Assembly: GCF_006345805.1 (NCBI RefSeq)
Contig: NC_043004.1
Coordinates: forward strand, 67,456,001 to 67,520,000
Source: Octopus sinensis
Lineage: Eukaryota
Direction of reading: 5' to 3'
Length of the DNA: 64,000 nt
Under the pieces are notes generated by a model. The model saw only the letters and a program-made list of their open reading frames with translations, searched no databases and had not been told where the DNA came from. Positions 1 to 13,553 of this stretch are shown here, one piece after another. The position numbers and the translations under genes were made by a program. The first letter of the stretch is position 1. Every line of letters starts with the position of its first letter.

Positions 1-1064
1 ATATAGAAGGTATAAGATATATATGTATGTGTATGCATGTATGAACACAAATATATATGTAAATGTATTTAGATAGATAGAGGGACTGGCAGAGTAGTAG
101 ATAGATAGATACATGTGAGATAGATGTATGGATGCATGGATGAATGAAAGAATCAACACACAAATACACAGCATAGTGAAGACTATCAAGAAAAATATTC
201 ATAAATATCTGGAACTGAAAAATCTAAAACAAATACCAAATATAGAAGAATAAGCAATCAAATGAAAAAGAAGATTTTTAGAAAAATAAATAAATCAATA
301 GGAAGGACACAGAACACAAAATAACATTGAGTAATCGATAAAGATAAACCACGAATATTACCAACAACTACAGCAATGAAATAAAAAGAAATTGGAAATA
401 AAATATTGAGTTAAACGGATTTTTTTGAAAAAAATATAGAGATATAACTTACAGAAGAAGGATGAAAACAAATAGAATAAATATTGGTAAAAGCAAATGC
501 TACGTGTACGGGAAGGACAATAATACAATAAAATAAAGAAATATATTTTAAAGAGGAAATAAATTTGGGCAAAAAGAAAATTTAGCATAAAAATGTAGAA
601 TGGAATTTGTGATAGGCTGAGAGCTAAACGTAAACGGAATTAAGAAGAGCGAAAAAAAATCTGTAATATTGTAGTAAACCATTCACTGAAGAAATACGAT
701 AGTCCACGCTTGACAAAGGGTCAATGGGAAAACATGCCTCAAGATGGAATGATAATTTATCGCCATTTAAATGTAATTAAAATGATTTAGCAAGGATAAT
801 TGATGGCTTCAATTCTTGGACCCCCTACAAACATTTAACTGAGATTATCTTTAAGGAGTTGCTGAAGAACATGCGGGAGTGAGGAAGAGAACATTCAGTG
901 GGAGCGAGTGATATTAGAGATGAGAAGCAGTGAGGGAGGGATGCATGTGGAAGCAAGTATTTGTTTTCTTGTACACACATGACTATGTATGTGTGTATGT
1001 ACGTATGTATGGATGGATGGATGTGTGTGTGAGTGTGCGCATTTATGTACATATGCCTTTTCTT

Positions 1065-1107
<43 letters not shown>

Positions 1108-2589
1108 CAAAACTTTGTCGTTCTGAGGGAGAGACACAGAAAGAGAAAGAGATCAGAGATTATGCAAAAAAGTCCAGAGAGGCAATGAAAGAAAAAGAGA
1201 ATGAATGATAGATAGCAATAATATGAAAGTACTTGAAGTAAAAATGAATGAGTGTGTATTGATTAATAAATTGTGAAAACTGGACCTAATGAAATGAGAT
1301 ATATTCTGAAGAGGGGGCAGAGAGAGGGAAGTGAGATAGGAATAGAAAAAATATGAGGTAATGAGAGGAAAAGCGAATGAGAAATATCCAATACACTGTT
1401 GGAGAGAGTTACAAAAAATACAGAAAAGATGAAATAAGAACAGTGTGAAAAATACTTTAAAGCACATACAGGGAGTGGATAAAAAGGAAAGAGATGGGGG
1501 CATTGAAGAAAGACCATAATTAAGATATAGGAAATAGGAATAAAATTAAAATTTCCTTGGAGAATATAATACATCTCGAGTAACAGATGTTTTTATTCCC
1601 GAGATTTTTATGCGACTTATTTTATACATTTCAACATTAATGTATACCACAAAATCTTGCTGTTCGTGTACACCGAACATATCCATTTTGTGTGTTAATG
1701 CAGTTTTAATATATTTAAATATATTCTCGTATATTTTATTGTTATACTGGTGGAGGCATATTTAATAATAATGAAAAAGCAAAAAAAAGTTGAAATTTAT
1801 TAAAGAAAACCATATATTTAAATGTGTTTCTCTCAGGGTGTCCATTCAGACAGTTTACATTGACATGGTAAGGTTTAAACTAACCCATGTTGTGCAGTAA
1901 ATTTATTCTACCACGCAGTCAGGTACAAGCTGAACAATATTTATAGACAAAATTCGTAACTATGCACTCTGTTTACTTATTTCTGGAAGCAGATGGAAAT
2001 GTGAGTTTTCCTATTATTAATAAACTATTATTGTATTATATAAATGATGTCATTTTACTTTCTATAACTGCTTTACTTTTGATAGAATGTTTAAATCTTT
2101 CAGAATATTTTCTCTTTGTGGGAAAACGGATTTTAAGTATATGCGCATAGTTCAACATAAAGCAGAATTTGAGATTTTGAAACCAGTTAAAGTGTCTTTT
2201 ATCCCATGAATTTGGAAAATGATAGTTTTATTCTTCTGAAATCTGTACTCATATCTGAACGAAAATGTATGTATAATAATAGAAGCAGATAGGGAAATAG
2301 CTTTTGGGAGACAAGGCTATAATTAAGGGGGTAAATCATAGCACGTTTAGTGACAATTTGTACTAAATTTGGATAATCTAGTGAATGTACATTTGTTTCC
2401 TAGAAGTAACCAAGTTGATCATATAACTTTATAGTCACATTTTTTGTCGAATGTGGATACAAATCTCATAGATTAAGTTCTTTAGTAAGAAAAAGAAGAT
2501 AAGGCATTTAACTTTGTTTCCTCATGCACATCGAGAAATATTTAGCGACTGCATTAACTCAAATGTAAGGGCATATTTTACCCATCAGT

Positions 2590-3150
2590 TGAAGAAACAC
2601 TAATCGCGAGGTGACGGATAATAAATGGGGCAAAATTGGTATGCCAGGCACTTATCCAAATAATGGTGACAGAATAATACTCGAATCGAGAAAATATGAA
2701 GTTCGCAGTCAAAGGCACTGGCAAGGATTTGACACTTGTATTCTTGTCAGCTTTGTAGTGAGTGCCCAGTGACAAGTTGGATTTCAATAGGTGGGGTTTC
2801 AACATATTAACAGATCCTAATGTCCACTGAAGTAATCTGAATTGAGCACAGCGCTGCCACTTCGAAAATGCATTATAAAAGATGGTATTTATATTTGAGG
2901 CGAAGAAAAGTAATTGCAATATATTTGGTGTGCAAAACAATTTGAGAGCAGAAGCAAATTTGAAAGAGTACAACAGCGCACCCATCGATACTAAGGCATA
3001 GAAAACAGTTTCTTTAAAGCATTAATGATGGGAGAGCCAGAAAAACTGGGAACAATTGCATATCGTCAGTACCACCCTCTATGTACACTACTAGTCATCT
3101 CAAATATTCAGAGTTAGCAGATATTTCAGGCGATTTGTCCACAGTTGCAG
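2590..3150 (+). mobile_element. Heavily degenerate LINE (CR1/L2-like) reverse transcriptase C-terminal remnant
   Basis: Stop-interrupted + frames read ...YSNRENMKFAVK... and ...SKFERVQQRTHRY..., resembling the LINE motifs W..NxMKFNxxK and IERVQRRATR. Recognised by eye only. Confidence 0.3.
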
Positions 3151-3490
3151 ATTCCAGCTGCACCACTCTCTCGTATAACAAATTTAATGTTGGAAAAGGG
3201 AATCAACTTGGACCTTCATACCAATTATTAAGCAAACTTTCACCCTACGTTAATCAACATTACAATGCCATGGAAATATTACACTCACCAAAAATGAAAA
3301 AGAAATGAGCGAAATCAAGTACATGAAAACAGAGGCTATTTCATCACGACGATGAAGTCGGCAGAGAGTGAAATCAATGAGACACTTGCTGTCATTCTAA
3401 AGAGTAACCACTGAGTCATAATTACAATAAGAAAGATATGGTGCCACGAGCAGGTAGATTTGATTTTAGCAGGATTAGAACACAAGTCAT

Positions 3491-3707
3491 TAAGGCGTCT
3501 AACTGGCAGAAACGCTTAGCTGTATTTCGTCTGCTGCTACGTTCTGAGTTCAAATTCCGCCGAGGTCGACTTTGCCTTTCATCTTTTCGGGGTCGATTAA
3601 ATAAGTACCAGTTATGCACTGGGGCCGATATAATCGACTTAAACTGTTTGTCTGTCCTTGTTTGTCCAATCTGTGTGTAGCCCCTTGTGGGCAGTAAAGA
3701 AATAAGG
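3491..3707 (+). mobile_element. tRNA-derived SINE, family A
   Basis: B-box-like GAGTTCAAATTCC followed by GCCGAGGTCGACTTTGCCTTTCATC..TTCGGGGTCGAT.AAATAAGTACCAG; the same core recurs more than 10 times in the window. Confidence 0.9.
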
Positions 3708-4169
3708 TCTGTAGCGCAAAGATCTCAGCCTGATATTTTAGTATTTTCCATAAAATACCGCATCAGAATGAATGTTAAAACTTTTCATTGGTTGCTGTAT
3801 ATTTTGCTTGTTTCTTCGGGTTTTTTTTTTGTTTTTTTTTTTGTTTCAGAACACGCCTGTGTTGTTCCCAACGCGCAATGGTAAATGTGTACGTTAGCAA
3901 CATAGTTTTGATGTTGTCCAGCAGTCTTAAACTTAAAATAAAGATTCTTAAAAGTTCAAACGATATCAGTATGTTTTTTGAAATGTTTCCACCACGATTA
4001 ACATATCTACCAGCGAAGATGTTTTAGATCTTTGGAGGAATGTAAACATTCATATTCACACACGTGCTGTCGCGCACACAAATACATATACGAACACACA
4101 CACATATATATAACATTGTGTGGGTCTGTATGTATGTGCATACTTATAGACACAACACACACTTGTCTG

Positions 4170-4205
<36 letters not shown>

Positions 4206-4269
4206 GTGTGTGTATATATCTATATATATATGTATGTATGTATGTATATATATATTATATATATATATA

Positions 4270-4300
<31 letters not shown>

Positions 4301-4373
4301 TATAATATATATATATATATATTATATATCTATATATATATATATTACTTTATTTTAAGCAGCAGAAAATTCA

Positions 4374-4424
4374 ACAAAATCTGTTACTCTGAGTTTCTCG
4401 TTGCCGTTCATCAGACAGTTTTGC
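4374..4424 (-). ncRNA. Type I hammerhead ribozyme motif
   Basis: Minus strand reads GCAAAACTGT-CTGATGA-ACGGCAACGA-GAAA-CTCAGAG-TA-ACAGATTTTGT: stem I of about 10 bp with one bulge, intact core, GNRA-capped stem II, GUA cleavage triplet. Confidence 0.75.
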
Positions 4425-5599
4425 TAGAAATATTATATATATTATATATATATTATATATATATAGGAGAGAGAGAGAACATGTATATGTCCGTATATGT
4501 TTTTTCTGTGGCTATATGTGTATGTATGTGCGGTAGTATCAGTGTAAGTATGTATGTAATGTGCCTTTCTATGTATAAATGTGTAAATGTTTCTGAGTGT
4601 CAAGGCAAACATCACGTGGTCACACATACATGATCACAGAGACTTATGTAGCGAACAAGACAGAGACAGACATCCAGAGAGACAATGGCGGCAACAGCGG
4701 CTCTAACTAATGCGCATTACAGTGGAGTGGAAAAGTCCTGAAAACTGTATTTATTGAAAATGTGGTCATTGGCGACGCATGCCGTATTTGTCTTGAAGTA
4801 TCTATATACCGATCGGTTTCCACGTTGTGGATTCTCTTGTTCTGTCGACTGCGTCACCTGTTCGTTGTGTTCTCGTGATATATGGTTGAGTATTTCAGAG
4901 GCAGATGAACTTCAAACATGGGTTTCCCTTAGAATCAGCTTTACGAATTATGTGAGATACCGTTACAAGCAATGTGTGTGATGACAAGCTTTTTATCGAA
5001 AATGTTCTCAACTAAAGTTTAGATAAAGTACGAATATTATGAATTCCTAAATACCATGTGAATACAGCTACATTGGTACGAAACACAGGAGCTGTTCACA
5101 TATTAAACCTATGAAAATATCATTTGAAATTTAATCTTCCACTGTCCATCTCCTAAGATTTGTGTCCTGTTTTTAAAGAGCTACTGTAAAGTGTTAAATC
5201 TAGTTTGAAGTGTCACATTAGTTAGACGTTCAGACATATCAATATGAAAGAGGTGCACAGGGCAGAATCAATGAGACATTGTTGAGCAAAGCTGTATCTA
5301 TCGAATTATGAGTACTATCAACCCGACTGACTTAGATGTCCCTAGCATCTAACGATTTTCAACCGAAAGTCATGATATCAACTCACGCTTTGGAAACGGA
5401 CTTCTGTGATGTGGGGTTATGACCCAGAGGTCTTAATTGCAAAGCGAGCCTATCAACAATTCCGGTGTACCGCACGTTTATACACATACATACACACGCA
5501 TGCACGCACGCAGACGGACACACTTACGTATATACTTACATACAAACATACATACACACACACACACACACACACTACCTCTCAACTTTAAGCACAAAT

Positions 5600-5745
5600 C
5601 CTGAAATTGGGGGAAATGAGCAAATCAACATCAGTGCTCAAAATCGGTTAAAGGCAGAGTCGACTTAGGCGGAATTTGAACTCAGGACGTACACACTTAC
5701 GAAATACTGCAAAACATTTTGTCCGGTGTGCCAACAATTCTGACA
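5600..5745 (-). mobile_element. SINE family A, degenerate
   Basis: Contains AAAGGCAGAGTCGACTTAGGCGGAATTTGAACTCAG, the reverse complement of the family A core. Confidence 0.8.
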
Positions 5746-6319
5746 CCCTTCATTTACACACACGCGGACACATTCTCTATTATACGTGTCAAACATTATA
5801 CCTTCTATTTAACACACTTCTGTATACTAAACTATGGAAATACTCTGACCTTGACCTCTTCTATCGACCTAATATGCTTTGTTATACAGTTCTATCAATA
5901 TATTTTATTCAATGCTGCTACGTGTGCCATTCTATAACTCATTGATTAACCAAGCTTCACGCTTGTCTGCACTCAGAGTATTTTCTTTTCTAAAAAGAAC
6001 AAAATATTTATATCAAGGAGGGAATGGGAGATTCGTAACGCAATAGCGCATGCGTCCTATGATCCAATGGCATGCTTTACAGCTCAGCATTATATATTTT
6101 CAGACCTCTGTAGGAGATTTTTTTCTATGGGGAGCATTTCTGCAAAGTGAGGTCTCACATGTGTGTGTGTGCGTATGAATGTGTGTGAGTGTGTGTGTGT
6201 ATGTGTGTGTGTAATTAAATGCGTAATCGACAGAGCTACTACCACACAATCATATATGCACGTATACACATACATATGGATTTAAAATTTAGCACAAGAT
6301 CTGCAATTTCATGGAGGCG

Positions 6320-6448
6320 AAAAGGTCAATTACATCGACTCTAACTTATTTTATTGACCCAGAAAGGATTAAATGCAAATCCGTCCCGGCAGGATTTGAA
6401 CTCACAACTTAAAGACGGTGCAAATATCCGTTTATGATTCTGCCACTT
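6320..6448 (-). mobile_element. SINE family A, degenerate
   Basis: ATTACATCGAC...TTTATTGACCCAGAAAGGAT...GGATTTGAACTCA matches the reverse complement of family A. Confidence 0.7.
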
Positions 6449-6505
6449 AACGATCTACGTATATATTGCAACAGTTGACTGGAGAAATGGAAATTAAAAT
6501 ACATT

Positions 6506-6601
6506 GGTCAGGGATATAGCACAGAATCCGATCCAATAATCGATCCTACGATCTTATGATCATGCACCAAACAATCTAACCTCTGAGCCACATGACTGCA
6601 C
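6506..6601 (-). mobile_element. tRNA-like SINE head, family D-like, truncated
   Basis: Minus strand GTGGCTCAGAGGTTAG...CATGATCATAAGATCGTAGGATCGATT resembles the head of the copy at 52577. Confidence 0.55.
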
Positions 6602-6725
6602 AATAGACTGTTAATGATTATAAATGTGTCTTTAATATTTTTAGAATATGTGTGTGTGTTTTGTATACACGATATATAATCTAAATACAATTATAAGCAT
6701 ATATGTATACATATATATGTTATAC

Positions 6726-6761
<36 letters not shown>

Positions 6762-6790
6762 TTATATATGTATTTCAATGTATATATATA

Positions 6791-6823
<33 letters not shown>

Positions 6824-7849
6824 TATACATATATATGTGTGCATATATATGTATATGTATGTATATATATATACATATATATACATATATATTGTGTGAT
6901 ATGTATAGATATACATATATGTATATATAAATATATATATATATATTATATATATATATATATATATTATATGAGTTATATAACATGCCAAAGAATACCA
7001 ATATATGTAAACTCGTTTGTTCTCTGATCTGATTGTGAGAAAGTTTACGAGTTACTTTAATATTCCAGTCAGTGCTAACTATGTTTTGTAATCCACACAA
7101 ACACATTAAAATGAAAGAGAATTTCCTACTTGTAAGCAAAGCAACCGTTAGTAGTGAGTTAATTCATCTTAATAAAATAGATTGTAGTTGTAAATAGAAT
7201 TGTATTTTGACAGATGGAATTAAATTCTCTTAGATATAAGCCAAATACTAATTGAAACCGGCGAAGTTGTGAAGATTATCGTTGTGTGGAGCCAGATATA
7301 ATTTCACAATTTGCGAATTTAATTTGTTTAATCAGAATTATTAACTTATTTTTGTTTTAAGTTTTGCAACGTTTTTGTTTTCAGAAGTTTTAATTTAATT
7401 ACAGCAGTGCTTTCTTTTGAGTCTATCTTTACTTTCGCAAAGATCAATAAAACGTTATCTTTTGTTTTTGTTACAATAACAGTATCTATTTATTAATATA
7501 TAAATATGCAAGCTTGACCAGTTCAAAAATCGTTAAAATATTTGATCTCTTCTGCCAAACCCTTACAAAGAGGAAGATATTATAAAATTTGTTTTCATTT
7601 TCATACACATAAAATAAAATATCATCGTAAAATCGTTCTGAGGCGGTTTCCTTTTGTCTAACGAAAAACAATAAAATTTAATTTTAAGAATTAAAACAGA
7701 GACGAAAACAATAAAAGAATACAATACGAAATACGAATTTTCTTCCATCATACAATTCACTAAATATATGTGAAAATGACTTCGTAGGTTATTGGTGTTT
7801 AAATGTAATGAAATCTTGTAGATTGACACAAAATTTACAGACGCTTTAC

Positions 7850-8461
7850 TCGTCTTCTTCTCCTTGTTCTTCTTCTTCTCTTCTTCTACTTCTTCTTCTT
7901 CGTCTTCTTCCTCTTCTCCTCCTCCTCCTCCTTCTTCTTCTTCTTCTTCTTCGTCTTCTTCCTCTTCTCCTCCTCCTCCTCCTTCTTCTTCTTCTTCTTC
8001 TTCGTCTTCTTCCTCTTCTCCTTCTCCTTCTTCTTCTGCTTCTTCTTCTTCTACTATTTCCTCTTCTCCTCCTCCTTCTTTTTCTTCTTCTTCTTCGTCT
8101 TCTTCCTCTTCTCCTCCTCCTCCTCCTTCTTCTTCTTCTTCTTCTTCGTCTTCTTCCTCTTCTCCTCCTCCTTCTTCTTCTGCTTCTTCTTCTTCTACTA
8201 TTTCCTCTTCTCCTCCTCCTTCTTTTTCTTCTTCTTCGTCTTCTTCCTCTTCTCCTCCTCCTTCTCTTTCTTCTTCTTCGTCTTCTACTATTTCCCCTTC
8301 TCCTCCTCCTTCTTTTTCTTCTTCTTCGTCTTCTTCATCTTCTCCTCCTCCTTCTTCTTCTGCTTCTTCTTCTACTACTTCCTCTCCTCCTCCTCCTCCT
8401 CCTCCTCCTCCTCCTTCTTCTTCTTCTTCTTCTTCGTCTTCTTCTTCTTCGTCTTCTTCTT
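7850..8461. repeat. Compound (TCT)n/(CCT)n polypyrimidine array with higher-order repeat units
   Basis: About 610 bp of almost pure C/T with recurring landmarks TCTTCGTCTTCTTCCTCTTCT and TCTGCTTCTTCTTCT(TCT)ACTATTTCC. Confidence 0.95.
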
Positions 8462-8669
8462 TTTATATTTTACTTATTTCAATAGTGCAGCTTTAGTTTC
8501 ACTCTTCCTTTATATTCTACTTCTTTCTTCCTAGTTAAATTCCATAATAATTATGGAAGCTATCATTTTATTATTCTTAGCTTTCTCCTTACTCTACATA
8601 TTCTTCATTTGTCTCTTACGGTTATTATTCTTCATACCACCTTTCTCCTTAATATTATTCTTAAATACC

Positions 8670-8868
8670 AGTCAGAGAACTGGTAGAATCGATACCGCAC
8701 CGTACTGAATTTGCAGAAGCATTTCGCCCGTCTTTACTTTCTGAGTTCATTTTCTGCCGAAATCGACGTTGCTCTTCTTTAATTTGGTTTCGATAAAATA
8801 ATTACCATTTGATCGACCTCCGCATCTTCTGAACTGTATGGCCTTGTGCCACAATTTGAACCCGATAT
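8670..8868 (+). mobile_element. SINE family A, old copy
   Basis: GCATTTCGCCCGTCTTTACTTTCTGAGTTCA...GCCGAAATCGACGTTGC with 3' tail GGCCTTGTGCCACAATTTGAA. Confidence 0.7.
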
Positions 8869-8904
8869 TGTTCTTAAAGCCAGCCAGCTATCTTGCACAT
8901 TCTT

Positions 8905-9098
8905 TAACGCGCTCGGCGAAATTCATGGTAGTATTTCGTCTGCTGCTACGTTCTGAGTTCAAATTCCGCCGAGGTCGACTTTGCCTTTCATCCTTTCGGA
9001 GTTCGATAAATTAAGTACCAGTTGCGCACTGGAGTCGATGTAATCGACTAGACCCTTCCCAAAAAATTTCGGGCCTTGTGCTTAGAGCAGAACAGAAT
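8905..9098 (+). mobile_element. SINE family A
   Basis: Near-consensus core GTTCTGAGTTCAAATTCCGCCGAGGTCGACTTTGCCTTTCATCCTTTCGG...AAATTAAGTACCAG. Confidence 0.9.
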
Positions 9099-10041
9099 TT
9101 CGGAATCTATAAAATAAGTGTCATTTGAGTACCGGGATCGATGCAATTGTACCTCTCTCCCAATTGATACAATCGTACTATTCTCCCAAAATTGCTATCT
9201 TTTGCTAAGATTTGAATCCAATATTATTTTTAAATGTTATTGATACTAATTCGAGAGAATATCGCATTAACTCCGTCTTACGAGCTGAAAAGCTGGTTTA
9301 TTATGTTTTCTCATTTTTATTTCCCTCCGAACATCGGAATTTTCGAGTTCCCTGCTCACCTATTACCTTAAGATGATGAAAATACGTTTTCATCTTGGAA
9401 GCGTTCCGAATTTTTTCAACATAGTTTACTAGTTGATGAATATAGAGAGCTCAATGATGCATTAGTATGTACCGAATGTTAGAGATTCTGAAACGGAGTA
9501 AAAGGCAGAGTGGAAGGAAAACAAACAAAAGTATTACAAAACGATGCTTGCACTTAGTTAAATTCGTAAAACCTCACATTCATAAGTGGAAACTGCAAGT
9601 AGCTTATGACCAATCTTTTAACAATGAAAAAGCTTACAACAAAATATTTAGAGTTACCAGCGAGGAAGAAATGATGTATAAGAATGAGTTTCCAAATAAA
9701 TATTGACCTTTGAGAGACAGTCATATGCTAATAGAAGCTTGATCATGCGGATATTTGCCTATTATCTAGTCACAGAAGGGGGCATCGGATAATAGGTGTT
9801 AAAATGTGGGTAAATACTTCCAACGAGAAAGTACCACAATGACGATTTCACACTTTCTTTAAATAGCAGCGCCCAAATAACTAAGAATGGTGGATTGCCC
9901 TTACGTTTCATAGGAACAGTGGTACGAGGAACAGTGTTGCACAGAGGGACATACAAAATGCAGTCTATCGCTAAATATTAAGTTTATCCTCAATATCACG
10001 GGCGTACAAGCAAGTTGATAATCATCTACTACAAGCGCATA

Positions 10042-10690
10042 TATCAGGTCATCCCCTAAGTTCTGTCCGAAGTTTGAATAAAGAAAGGAAGCAATCAAAT
10101 ATTATATTTAATTGAAGTTTAATCGTCAATGTACTGTCCCTGATTGTCTATGACTTCCTTCTATCTATTTACAAGCTTTATAATCCCATCAATGTAAAAC
10201 TCTTTTGGTTTCAAAGGAAGAACTCCGAAATGTCAGTTTCGACCTCCTCCAGGCTTGCGAAAGTTATGTACCCCAAATGATTCTGTAAACTACGTAACAA
10301 ATGGTAGTCTGAAGGAGCAAGTTCGAGAGAATAAGGTGGATGAGGATTTTTTTCCCAACCAAGCTCTTCGATCTTCTGTGATTGTGGGGTCGCGCATTGT
10401 CCTGATGAAACATCACTCCTTTTCGAGTCACTAAAGCGGGGTTTTTTCTTCAAAGCTTGGTTCAAACACTTTAATTGCTGACAGTAGACTTGAGCATTGA
10501 CTGTCGCATTAGGTGGTAACAATGTAAAGTGAATTACCCCTTTACAATCCCACCAGATAGAGAGAAGTACCTTTTTCGCATGAAATTCTCTTCTCGGTTC
10601 TGGTTGAGCTTTTTTCCCTTTTACGACGTTTAACATTCCAATAAAGGTCCATTTTTCGTCACCAGTCATAAGTTTAACCAAAAAGGGATA
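10042..10690 (-). mobile_element. Mariner (DD34D) transposase catalytic-domain remnant with TIR-like left end
   Basis: ORF 10211-10681 gives TGDEKW, KKVLLSIWWDCKGVIH and HPPYSLELAPSDYHLLRSLQNHL; DNARPH lies in a shifted frame. TA-TCAGGTCATCCCCTAAGTTC starts at 10042. Confidence 0.9.
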
Positions 10691-10930
10691 TCTCTGCTGA
10701 GTACAGAAAATGTGCTATTACTGACCAAACTGCAAGAAATGCTTTTTACGATTCAAGGAGGAAACATTTCACTTCATAGATTCTCTGCACACCGGCAGAC
10801 CTGTTTACGTCATTGAACGATCTCATCGTCTATCTGCAATTGAACCAGCAGGTAGGATGTGCACATCGCGGCACCTTCACTTTTTTTCCTACACAAAAAA
10901 AGACCAATGGAATTTTTTTAAAACCCAATA
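10681..10930 (+). mobile_element. Mariner transposase N-terminal HTH remnant, opposite orientation to the adjacent catalytic part
   Basis: Plus strand gives RDISAEYRKCAITDQTARN / RFKEETFHFIDSLHTGRP, matching mariner ICxVYG..I..RTAR.W..RFK.G.F.L.D..RSGRP. TIR-like ...AAAACCCAATA ends at 10930. Confidence 0.7.
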
Positions 10931-12027
10931 TCATTTTTCAGTGAGCGAGTGATTGATAACGGGGTCAGCGTATGATTAATAACTGTTACTTTTTGATTAG
11001 ATTAAAATCCGTAGATTGCCAACCTAAGTATATCTCGCGACAATTGTACGTGGTTAGCTGAACGATTGTTTGCGACTAACCGAGATATATATACCCAGCA
11101 GAGATGGATTATTTTTCCGGCGATATGCAACGCAAGTGTAAATTCCACATAAACAAAGTAGCACTTTATGACCTTCACTTGTTTCTAGATGAGCTTCACT
11201 ATTTGAATTTCATCGTAATTTAAATCAGTTTCATCGAAACTGATATCACAATCATCGCAAGCCATTTCAGTACTTTGAGGTCGACCAATCGCAATTCAGC
11301 AATGCAACAACAAGGAAACATGTAGCCTAGAAGAATATGTCGTCTGGTTGAATTTCTAAAAGGAATGATGTCCCCAGTATAAAATGACACAGTATGATCC
11401 ACGAGGTAAGATCCGAGGACGTTCACAAGAGCGAAAGTCGTTGAAGACAGTATAGGAGTTAGACTCAGGTAGTCAAATTGTCGCTAGAGCCTGGAGTGTT
11501 TAATGCATAACTATGTAGGTTGTGTATTTATGCGTGTACGTACGTGAGTGTTTGTGTTTGTTTGTGCCTGTGAGTGTGTGTGTGTGTGTGTGTGCGCGCG
11601 TGCGTGTGTGTGCGTAAATGAGCCTGGTATGGCTACAGCCTTAGGACCGAAACGCATAAAAGAATAAAAGAATATATGTATGTGTGTGTGTGTGTGTACA
11701 CACGTATGTATTATGTAGGCAGATAGAGATATAAACTAACTTATATCCTGTTCATATGAATCACATCTCTATATTACGGTTATACGAATATATTTGTAGA
11801 TATGATTTATATAAAAGTTGAAAATACTGCAACATAGTGATGAATGCTGGAAAATATTTATAGCAGAGTAATTACGTATTAAAACATAGAACTAGAAAAT
11901 TTCGGTATTATTTATTCCATATTACCTACACTTCTTAACCAATATGAGTTACATAGAAAACCATGTAAGACAACTTCTGTTAGAAATTCATAAGATAATT
12001 AAAGTAACACCAGCTTACGTTGGATTG

Positions 12028-12068
<41 letters not shown>

Positions 12069-12150
12069 AAAAGGAAGTATTTATAATCGAGAGTGTGTTT
12101 GAGATAAATGCAAAATGTACGCGCACACACATATAAACATATATAACAGT

Positions 12151-12890
12151 CAAATCGACTACAAGAACTAAAAGATACCCTCATCACCAGGAACTACCCA
12201 CCTTCAATTACTGACATATGCATTCAACGTGCCCTTCAACTCAACATCCAGGAATACAGACATCCCAAATCAAAGAAAAATTTACGACCAAAAGCCTTAC
12301 CATACATCTCCATACACAACCCTCTCAACAATGAAGCCTTCAACACCACCCTCCTAAAAAAAGACCACAGAATGAACACAGTCCTCCAAACACACACGAT
12401 CATAAAAAGCAAGAGACAGCCTAAATCTATGAAAAGTCTCCTAACACAAGCCCGAATACGCTCTTCAACACAGAAGCCGACAGTAAAAAAATATGGAAGA
12501 CCCAATTGCGGGATATGCGATTATCTAATTGAGGGATCAGAGTTCTCCTTCGAACAGGGACAACGGTTTACAGTGAAAAGCAACTTCACATGTGCTTCGG
12601 AGAAACTGATATACACACAAACTGCTCTGGGTGTCAAGAGCAATACATAGGCCAACCAAAAAATAGTTTGCGTAAAAGAATGGCCCTGCACACATCCCAG
12701 ATAAAAATTCCCCAAAACAGAAAAATAGCATTCAGCCAACACATAGATACTTGCGCCAACAACAAAACACCAAACTTCAGGATTTTTCCCCCTCTACCAA
12801 TTCAGGGACGATACAACCTCGAGCCTACGAATAAGTAAAGAAACTCTCTTTATTACAAAAGCAGGCCACTTCTGAACGGGTCTAAGACGA
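12151..12890 (+). mobile_element. Penelope-like element: RT C-terminus plus GIY-YIG endonuclease, frameshifted
   Basis: ELKDTLITRNYPP...KSKRQPKSMKSLLTQARI...CGICDYL...SNFTCASEKLIY / CSGCQEQYIGQPKNSLRKRMALHTSQI...FSQHIDTC, i.e. the CxxC-YIG-R-H GIY-YIG signature. Confidence 0.88.
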
Positions 12891-13553
12891 ACGATATATA
12901 TACCTCGGCTTTAGAATAACACAAATACACACGCAAATATTACATTCCAAAGAACCCATTACAAATCAGCCCCAATGACAGCTATAACCCATAACGTGCC
13001 AACTTCAAGTCATACAACACCTCACTACTTCCACTCATTCATATTCTCCCTTCTCTTTCTTCTCCTTCCTCTTCTTCATCATCATCATTATGATCATCAT
13101 CATCGTCATCATCATCATCTTCTTCTTCTTCTTTTCTTCTTCTTCTTCTTCTTCTTCTTCTTCTTCTTCTTCTTCTTCTTCTTCTTCTCTTCTCCCCCTC
13201 TACTTCCTAACTTTATCACTAATGCTTTTTAGTATAAAACCTACGCAAATTCTATAAATAAAACTTTTAATAGAAATATTGTCATGAATTGAACAGCAAC
13301 TGCTAGCCGCCACTGACCACTCAAAATACGACAATCAAGGCACTCCCCAAAATTCCCCCCCTTCTCCTCATCATCCTTCTTTCTCTTCTTCCCTACCAAG
13401 AATTCACAACGACCTCCAACCCAAAAGTGTAAACAAGAGCGACAGAGAAAGGCAGAAACAAGGAAAATGCCACTTATATTTGAACACTATACAAATATTC
13501 TTTAAAAAAACTTTTCAATTTTAATTTTTCTAAGTTTAAATATTTAATCGTAA

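Noticed and set aside
2578-2985. 135-aa minus-strand ORF and 75-aa ORF 3081-3308 as host exons
   Set aside because: No recognisable domain; the plus strand shows decayed LINE RT motifs, which better explain the block.
7808-8496. 225-aa Leu-rich and 210-aa Ser/Pro-rich ORFs
   Set aside because: A C/T-only repeat cannot contain stop codons; there is no non-repetitive coding context.
11224-11245. 9-bp hairpin ATCAGTTTC-ATC-GAAACTGAT
   Set aside because: Too short to be distinguished from chance.
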